DNA of 61,719 nucleotides, filler included, from Basidiobolus ranarum (lineage: Eukaryota): NCBI GenBank assembly GCA_040143965.1. It is 24 parts of 24 records of this genome, joined end to end, with 100 filler letters (N's around TTAATTAATTAA, not from the genome) between each part and the next. Parts side by side here need not be neighbours in the genome. Positions count along the whole stretch, not along the records: positions 51,541 to 54,010 come from JASJQH010003303.1; positions 54,111 to 56,580 come from JASJQH010003304.1; positions 56,681 to 59,150 come from JASJQH010003305.1; positions 59,251 to 61,719 come from JASJQH010003306.1; 20 more parts are not named here. The stretch is one strand, 5' to 3'. Of this stretch, positions 53,438-61,719 are shown one piece after another. The notes beneath the pieces are model-generated. The model saw only the letters and a program-made list of their open reading frames with translations. It did no database searches and had not been told where the DNA came from. The position numbers were made by a program, and so were the translations under genes. The stretch's first letter is position 1. Each line of letters starts with the position of its first letter.

Positions 53438-54010
53438 ATGTCCGATACTACGACTGGACCTCCTTCACCAACAGTTTCAACAGCTACTGACATATCAGCA
53501 ACTACTGCTGCATCGAAAAGTCAGTTAGCTGCTGGTGCTTTGTTTATCATTAATGCACTTGAAAAACTTCAAAAGTTAAAAGAAGGAAAGAAAAATAAGC
53601 AGCTTACTGAGGCTGCAATAAAAGCTTTAGGCAGGTTTCTCCTTTGAACTTATAATATTTACCGCCAGTTTACTCTTCTCATACTCACCTCTATTCTCTC
53701 CATGAAACTTTATATTGCTTTAAAATAATAGACGTGATAAAGAATCATCCTGATGCATCTATTTGTACAGCTAGGTAAACTTTTCGATACTTTTACTTTG
53801 AATAAGGATGTACTATTAACTTGAAGTTCTTTTAGTGACTCAGAAGCTTTGTTTTTACCTCTGAAAATCGCTTGTCACACGGGGTCTACAAATCTCGTCA
53901 TTATCGCTATTGACTGTATAGGAAAACTCATCACTTATAACTACATTATCAACGATGAGTCAACAACATCCACATTCTCTGCTTCCCCCAAATCTATGAT
54001 GACCCTGTTG
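53438..54010 (+). CDS. SEC7: Sec7/BIG Arf-GEF, N-terminal DCB domain; 3' partial
   Basis: FIINALEKL..QLTEAAIKAL|..|LFLPLKIAC..AIDCIGKLITYNY; two introns. Confidence 0.82.
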
Positions 54011-54110
54011 NNNNNNNNNNNNNNNNNNNNNNNNNNNNNNNNNNNNNNNNNNNNTTAATTAATTAANNNNNNNNNNNNNNNNNNNNNNNNNNNNNNNNNN
54101 NNNNNNNNNN

Positions 54111-54511
54111 CTATATTATTATAAGAATCCCAATTATTTTGGTTAATAAATCTCACTTGAATTTTACACACTCTTATCCATCTAGTACTTACCAATATGC
54201 CATAATTGAGCAAAAATGTACCCATTTTTTTCGTGAACTGCAGCAGTAACCTTCTTCCAGCCTTCGACTTGTTCTTGATTGTAAAGACCGGGAGCACGAG
54301 GATAACCACCTGCTAATCTATCGATAAAAGTAGCTTCCGTGATCAAAAGACCACCATCTGAAGATCTTTGCCTGTAGTATTCAACTTGGAGAGCAGTTGG
54401 AACAGCTTCGAGAGTTGCTCTAAATCTTGTCAAAGGAGCCAAGACGACTCTGTGTTTGAGTTCGTTGTTACCAACTTTGACTGGTGAAAATAAGGCTTTT
54501 TGAGCGTTCAT
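54111..54511 (-). CDS. Old yellow enzyme (NADH:flavin oxidoreductase), first exon; 3' partial
   Basis: LFSPVKVG..LKHRVVLAPLTRFRA..YYRQR..GGLLITEATFI..WKKVTAAVH..QLWHIG|GTAAGT. Confidence 0.93.
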
Positions 54512-54789
54512 GTTTGCTTTGAGAATTTCAAGAAATGTGAAATGAATAGTCAAGAACCATTCAATTTCGCCCTGCATTTATGCAAATCCAGAAAATAAAA
54601 TGCTTAATAATCATTTGATTAGAAATTTGCGAGCTGACAAATTATTCAATACCTAGGTTGATTCTTAAGTAAAAGGAATGCTGAAATTTCTAGCAACAAT
54701 ATACTATCTACCGGCATAATTATTGTTGCGGTTACCCGCATCGATTATACGACAAACGTTGAAAATCTCTAAATTAAGCATCGATTATC

Positions 54790-54993
54790 AAAAACGAATA
54801 TCTCAGCGATTTGGTTTGCAGAGAATTGATCCGTTCCTTTAAATAGCATATCTTCAATGAAATGAGAAATTCCGTTATTTAAAACTGTTTCGAATCTTGA
54901 ACCTACCTTGGCCCATATTCCGAACGTAACAGATCCATAAGTTGGATTTTTCTTCATCACGACACGCATTCCATTTGTAAGTTGTTGTTTTAT
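54790..54993 (-). pseudogene. Bacterial-type M16 zinc peptidase N-terminal relic
   Basis: QLTNGMRVV..SVTFGIWAKVGSRFE..NNGISHFIEDMLFKGT; the HxxEH motif reads HFIED; truncated; no targeting peptide. Confidence 0.85.
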
Positions 54994-55935
54994 CGCGGAT
55001 GAATTTCCCTATTTTCAATTATGTTAACAAAAATCGAACTACACCTCAACAAAAAAGAAACATTTAATCTCTCTCGCTTTTTTGACCGCTTTTACAACTT
55101 TGCCTCAGGAGCTTGGAATGCAGATTTACAAGATAAACTCACGTGACCCTGTGGATCAATTTCTGTTACCGTAATTTTATCTCCAACTGATGCAACATCT
55201 ACTTATTTATTCATCCCATCCAGAATATAGGCTTGAAAGACGTTTTGCTAGTATTAAATTAATCTGTAGCTTTTATATCTGTTCTTGTCTGATCTTAAAA
55301 TACCATCATAATATCTTCTAATACATGCGACTGTTGCCTCAATGGAAACAAGTGTTAAACCCTTTCCCATTTTTGACGATACTGTACACGTAGTTTTTGT
55401 ATGGGTATCGATGCAAGAATTTAGCACTTTCCTGACGTGATTCGCTCATAATCAGGTTGACTGTAACGCTCTAGATCTCCAAAGTTGGAAGAACTTGCAT
55501 CAATTTCACAGCTGTCACAGTTTGCAGATTCAAGGGAAGCTATGTGGAAGTCCGAAAATGTGAAGCCTTGGTTATTTAATAAAATATCCGAAAGGTACAT
55601 TTGCGTTCCTTTTATTATTTTTGGATCCCGATCATATTCGTTAAGCCAATACCATAGTTGGCGGAGATTAAAGTAATGAATGAGTTTCCAATAAGATGTC
55701 AGTGATGGAAGCATAATTAGAAGTAGTGGAGATAATGATGGTGCTGGTGCTGGTGTTTATGGTACAGGATGGAGTATTCAATGCCTAAACTACTCATAGT
55801 AGCTGTATCAAAAGTACACTTACTCTACGTCAAAAACATATTCATAGAGTTGCCCCCAAACAAAATATTAAACATGGATATTTATTAAATCTGTAATTTA
55901 CATTCATCTGGGTATTCTAGAAGCTCAATCTATTT

Positions 55936-56439
55936 CTAGTATTTGTCGTAACCTTTGTTTCCACCGTGGCCGTTGCTATGTCTTTTACCATTGCCCTCAT
56001 AATCATCTCCGTCGTAATCATCGCCACCTCCACCATATTTCTTTCCCCTTCCTCCACCACGATGATAGTCATCATCACCGTCATACTCCTCATCATAATC
56101 CCCATCTCCTCTTCCACTACCGTATTTCTTTCCCCTTCCACTCTTGTAGTTCCCTCCATCGTCGTGTCCATCATATTCATCATCATCATAGTTATCGCCA
56201 TGGCCTCCACTACCACCTCCGTATCTCTTACCTCGTCTGTGGCCGTATTCTTCTCCATTGCCATCACTATCATATTTGTCATCGTAGTCATCACCACCAC
56301 CATGACCACCGCCATATTTATGTGATCTCCCGCCACCACCGCCACCACCTCCACTATATCCTACTCCCTTATAGCTTGGATCGTACGAACGCTCAAGCAC
56401 ACTGGCATGAATAGCAAAGACTGTAGAAAGAACAAGCAC
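55936..56439 (-). CDS. Secreted Gly/Asp/Tyr-rich repetitive protein (5' exon not located)
   Basis: Hydrophobic signal-like segment after a putative acceptor CTAAG; four KYG-Gly-Asp/Tyr blocks. Confidence 0.7.
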   Translation of the reverse strand: MLVLSTVFAIHASVLERSYDPSYKGVGYSGGGGGGGGRSHKYGGGHGGGDDYDDKYDSDGNGEEYGHRRGKRYGGGSGGHGDNYDDDEYDGHDDGGNYKSGRGKKYGSGRGDGDYDEEYDGDDDYHRGGGRGKKYGGGGDDYDGDDYEGNGKRHSNGHGGNKGYDKY

Positions 56440-56680
56440 TTAGATGGTTAACTGTGTTCCATAAGTTTAATTGGTAGTATTGTTTGTAGATATATAATGT
56501 AAATTATCTCTGAAACATCGTCATGTTCCTGGGAACCTCTGACACTTGATAAAATTGGAACGATACAGAGATGATTAGCANNNNNNNNNNNNNNNNNNNN
56601 NNNNNNNNNNNNNNNNNNNNNNNNTTAATTAATTAANNNNNNNNNNNNNNNNNNNNNNNNNNNNNNNNNNNNNNNNNNNN

Positions 56681-58870
56681 GACCTTTATTGATGATAAGA
56701 CAAAGTATACTTGGGTGTACTTTCTGGCCAGTAAGGATGAAGCCTTTGATACCTTCAAGAAGTTCAAAGCAATGGTGGAGACTGAAACAGGTCTAAAGAT
56801 TAAGATTATCCGTACTGATAATGGAGGGGAATATACCTCAAAACTCTTTGCAAACTTCTGCTCAACACATGGGATAAAACAGCAGACTACAGTGCCATAT
56901 TCTTCACAGCAGAGTTGAGTAGCGGAATGTGCAAATAGATCAATAATGGACAAGGCAAGATCAATGCTTCATGATCAAGATTTAACAAAACAGTTCTGGG
57001 CTAATTGGTTGTACACTGCAGTATATATATTAGGAATTGATGTCCTTCTAGGTCTCTGTTCACCAGATCCTGATCAGTGAGAAAAACATTGAGAATTCCT
57101 CACCTGTAGCTTCCCCAACCAGGCCTGAGGTGGTTTCACTGCCTAAACTGGTACCAGAAGTTGTAGTGTCAGTTTCCCATCTCAGGATATTCAATTGGAT
57201 GAGATCTCCAACTTATTACTACTCTCACACTAGTCAAAAGGAGCCTAGTGCTAATTTAGCCTTTTCTGATATATCTAAATTAGTGTAGGAGGCTATGGAG
57301 AGTCCCAACACAAAGTTTTGGAGTGCTGCAATGGAAGAGGAGTATCAGTCACTCTAAGATAATCAAAATTGGACTTTAGTTAAGTTACCTGATGACCAAA
57401 AATCATTTGGATGCAAATGAGTGTTTAAAGTTAAACAGCAAGCTGGTGGATCTGTAGAAAGATATAAAGCCAGACTTGTGGCTAAAGGGTACTCTCAAGT
57501 GGAAGGAGTGGACTAACATGAAACATTTGCTCCTGTAGCAAAGTTTAACTCCATCAGAACCATACTGGCAGTAGCAGCAAAACACTGCTTAAAATCCATC
57601 GAATGGATGTTAAAACTGCTTTCTTGAAGGGGGACTTGGAAGAGAATATATTCATGGATCAACTAGATGATTTGTGGATCCTGAGCACCCTGAGGATGAG
57701 TGCAAGCTACAAAATTACTTTATGGGCTTAAACAATCACCCAGGGCCTGGTCCACTAAGATAGACACATACTTGGAAATACTTGATTTCTAAAAGAGTAT
57801 GGTGGATTTTGGGATCTTCTTTAAGGCAGATAAGGACAGTAAGGTGATACTTGCCTTATATGTAGATGATCTGATTATAGCTACCAATAATGATGAAGCT
57901 CTCAGAAACACCAAAATAGATTGATCATTCCAATTCAAGATGACTGATTTAGGTGAACTTATGTGTTTTTTGGACCTGCAGATCCATGCAGATATATTGC
58001 GCAAATCAGTCACTTTGAATCAATCTATATACATCTCTGACATTCTCAGATGTTACAGGATGGAGAATTGTAAGCCAGTGGCAACTCCCATGGATCCAGG
58101 TGTGAAACTAGTCAAGAGTCCCATCAAAAATGCTGAAAATGGCTCAATATGGCTCAAAATATGTCTTTTGAAGGCCCAGAGTTTCCTTTTCAATATACAG
58201 TAGGTAGTGTGATCTATGCTATGACTGGAACATGGACAGACATCTCTTTTGCAGTGTGAGTAGTCAGTCAACATGTGCAAAACCCAGGATCTGAGCTTTT
58301 TGCAGCAGTTAAGCAGATTCTCAGATATTTGAAGGGGACAATTGATCTGGGATCAAGATACTCATATTCTGATAAGAATAAAGATCTAATTGGGCTTAGT
58401 GATGCAGATTGGGGATGTGATGTTGAGGACACAAGATCTATCACTGGATGTACCTTTCTCTACAGTGAAGCAGCCATATCTTGGAATAGCAAGAAATAAC
58501 CCACCATAGCACTTTCAACAACTAAAGCAGAGTATATGGCAGCATCACATGCAAAAAAGGAGGCTATGTGGTTAAGGGAACCGTTCAAAAACTTGGGCAT
58601 TTTTCAATTTTCACCCACCATAATTTTCATGCATAATCAAAATTGTATTTCTTTAGCTAAAAATCCCAAATTTCATGCTAGAAGTAAGCACATTGACATT
58701 CAACATCACTTTGTAAGGGAAGCTATAGAGAATAAGCACATCCAATTACAGTACTGTCCAACTGAGGACATGATTGCAGACATCCTTACCAAACCATTAC
58801 CTAAGCCAAAATTTTAAGAATTAAGATATAAGTTAGGATTAAGATATATGAATATTTAGTTGAGTGGGAG
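56681..58870 (+). mobile_element. Ty1/Copia integrase-RT-RNaseH, degenerate, with an internal deletion near 57060
   Basis: IRTDNGGEY, RYKARLVAKG, LYVDDL, SDADWG, SKHIDI, ADILTKPL. Confidence 0.96.
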
Positions 58871-59150
58871 TGTTGGAGTTTATTATCTTTATCATATTTG
58901 TTATATCTATCTTGATACACCTAACTGCTTCATATGTCACATATAAGTTATTTAACATCACTTAGTTAAATGTTGCTTAACTGATAATTGGAACATATAT
59001 TATATATATTTGAATAATGTGGGAATTAGCAATTCCATATTGGAATTTTCAAGCTCATCTAAATTGCCCCAAAGATAGCTCATCTTACTCCCACTGTTGT
59101 TCTGAACACAACTGCAGTGTTAGTTTTCCATACTTCCATCAAAATGTATA
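58871..59150 (+). repeat. Copia 3' LTR start (end uncertain)
   Basis: Polypurine tract GAGTGGGAG followed by TGTTGG. Confidence 0.65.
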
Positions 59151-59250
59151 NNNNNNNNNNNNNNNNNNNNNNNNNNNNNNNNNNNNNNNNNNNNTTAATT
59201 AATTAANNNNNNNNNNNNNNNNNNNNNNNNNNNNNNNNNNNNNNNNNNNN

Positions 59251-59488
59251 CACAGTATATTCCCTATTCAATATATTATGTTTCACCCTGCAATATCTAT
59301 AAAAGCCCCATGTATTCCTTGATCAGACTGAGGTCTGATCAATGCCAGTTATCAATAAAGATTCTTGCCAAAGTATCTTCCTTGTACAGTCTTGTCTTGT
59401 CTTGTCTTGTGGTCTACACCAAAGTACTCTCCTGTCTTCTAGCCTCTTGTCATTGTTTCCAGTCCTTGTCCAGTTCCTTATTGTGACA
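59251..59488 (+). repeat. Gypsy LTR, 3' part
   Basis: Matches about 10810-11043 and ends TTGTGACA. Confidence 0.9.
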
Positions 59489-61719
59489 GGTTACTTGTTG
59501 AAGAGAGTGATTAAATAAACAGGTACTTGTGTAATTTGATCATAGATAGCATAAGTTAAGCAACTTTAAATGTTGGTGCACAACACATTTGTATGATATT
59601 ATTGTTGGACTTGTTCAATTGTGCCAGAATTTATTGGACCTTTACTCAATATATTAGAGTAATTGTGATGGAAGTAGATTATGCCAGAGGGTTCTGGATA
59701 GTGCCAAATTGTGCTGCACAAATTTTAAAATATTTTGTTCAATATGATACATACAGCACAATCTAGCACTATCACAGGGAACAAGATCATTACTTAAAAA
59801 ATGTTTACTCAGCAATGCTTACTTACCAACCATTATGCACCAAAAGACACTATCTCACTTTGCAGAGAATACCATATAATTAAAATATTGATCAATAGCT
59901 TTGACATTTGTCATATACCATCCTGTATGATGTAAAGTTTGTTGACATTATTTAGTAGTAGCACCTAATCAAAATCATAACATTCTTGACAAGGCAGAAA
60001 TATTCTCGATTTATCCATGATGAACTTGTGAATGTTCACATTATCTATATAGATATTTAAGAACGTAGCCCTAATGTTGCTTAATAAATATTCAATATCT
60101 GGAAAATTAATAAACATCTCTTAATCTCATTATAACTGTATTTCTTAAAAATCCCATCACTATAAAGCACTCCAGGCCGAGCTATTATGATGAAATCAAA
60201 GAATGAAAGCTATTTGTATTGAACACAAATTTTCCATTAATTCATCATAAATAATTTTCATAAAAAACATCAGCATCTCTTACTATATATATAGATAGCT
60301 CAAACTTGCCTAATCCGCTAGATCATCAAGCTCAGGTAACAATTACACATTCTTCCCATGAAGCAATTTAGTGTATACCAGAATTGATTTCTAAAATAAC
60401 TTGAGCAATATTTAAATATGTATTACTCGGTCATTTTTAGTCAGTAAAGAATAGGGCTAAACTTCATATTAACTAGTCCCATTCCTAGTTGGTTACCTTA
60501 ACTTGGAGCAAAATATCTACGGCAAAGTATACAGAATAAGAATTGGTTTAAATGATCCAAATTCCCATTTACGCAATTTTTGATTGGACAACGACAACGA
60601 CCAGTCATCGACAAGTTTATCATTTTTGCTCAAGTGTATTGACTACAGATAAATAAGTTCAACTATTCTACCATTAGTATTTACTACCAGTCTGGCGGGA
60701 GCAATAATTTAAAGCTCCACATAGGAAAAGTCTCCTTGAAGTATTTAGTCATCAATGCTAGTTACTAGAAATAAGACTGGAGACTTCCAGTTAATTAGAC
60801 CATTGTAATGAATTGAACCCCGTTCATCAAAAACCGGAAGGATTCATTGCTGAAGTTGTGCCGTAATGAATAGAAAGTACCACTAGTGAAAACCCATTTT
60901 TGCAACTCTATTTGGAAAAGAAAACATCTTCTAGTGTTCTACACCTTTCTACAACGTTAATTTTGATAGAACGAATGGAGAGGAAAACCATCTGAGAATA
61001 AGTTTCTTGCTCAAAGATAACTCAAATGTTGGTAATATATCACATGTATATTTAGTTTAATGTGAATTTTCTTCGAAATAGCTTATTATATGCATTCCGT
61101 GATTTGTATGTGATAATCAAACACCATTTGTATCCTGATCACGTGTAGCACCGTACGAATAGCCAATCTAATGGCTTATTGAATCGAGGGTGGATTCACG
61201 AGTGACCATAGGGAGCAATGCTTTGTTAAGCAAAATCCAATGGATATTTGCCCATGTAAAGAAAAACCCAATAGTTCTAGCGGATCTGACATGATTTATT
61301 GTATATGTATATGGACTGATTGTTTTTCAATTTATATTGCAGGAATATTGTACAAGTATTGAAGCATGTTACTACATAAAAGCGATAATGAAGAACCTTT
61401 CTCTTGTAGCTATTAATCTAGGAATTGGCCGTTCAGAATCATACTGCGCATGGGTGAAGCAGGCCGATCCGGAGTTTCTTTGGCATCTTTTAATGCTTGG
61501 ATTCGGGCATGAGGAAGATGGGATTTGGCGTCGACTAGAGTTGGTTGTTAGCAATTAGAATGGAATACAGCACGCAATAATTACTCTTACTCAAACAAGC
61601 AGCATCAAGTATCTGGTTTGATTTCTATATACCCAAACTTAGATTAGTACCAAGTAAGTCGTAGGTAACAAGACAAACCCTGCACTTACCGGAAAGGAAG
61701 ATGCGTTAATCAGTTGCAA

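Noticed and set aside
55421-55714. 97-aa minus-strand ORF
   Set aside because: No recognisable domain; may be real but unsupported
55917-56354. Met/Val/Thr-rich and Ile-rich ORFs overlapping the Gly-rich gene
   Set aside because: Alternative-frame and antisense shadows of a low-complexity repeat
1-61719. Regularly spaced TTAATTAATTAA as a biological repeat, and gene neighbourhoods across it (e.g. NRPS with DHCR24, TauD and MFS as a cluster)
   Set aside because: It is an artificial linker between size-sorted contigs, so adjacency is meaningless
59800-61719. Possible gene or ncRNA in the last contig
   Set aside because: AT-rich intergenic appearance; no supported ORF or RNA motif found

Overview
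This window is not one locus. It is 24 unrelated contigs of about 2.47-2.49 kb, sorted by decreasing length and joined by an artificial 100-nt spacer (N44-TTAATTAATTAA-N44, stops in all six frames), so adjacency across spacers has no meaning. The DNA is AT-rich eukaryotic sequence with short GT-AG introns. Gene content suggests an early-diverging fungus; Basidiobolus-like is an inference from the bacterial-type NRPS and the DHCR24-type sterol reductase. About half the contigs are decayed, CpG-depleted transposons: Ty1/Copia, chromodomain Ty3/Gypsy and CACTA/EnSpm. The rest carry partial or complete genes: RPS25, eIF1/SUI1, GCN2, Nup159/214, Sec7, a GH37 trehalase, a Cid1-type nucleotidyltransferase, an old yellow enzyme, an MFS permease, an SH3 protein and DHCR24. 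The most unusual items are (1) a complete secreted plant-type LRR gene with five repeats each on an exact 72-nt exon, (2) a PUD-1/2-like gene, (3) an intronless bacterial-type NRPS fragment with a 1-nt frameshift, (4) a short Firmicute-like M16 peptidase relic beside intron-containing fungal genes, and (5) a secreted Gly/Tyr/Asp block-repeat protein. No multi-gene novel system can be supported, because no contig exceeds 2.5 kb. All family calls are from motif recognition, not database searches.
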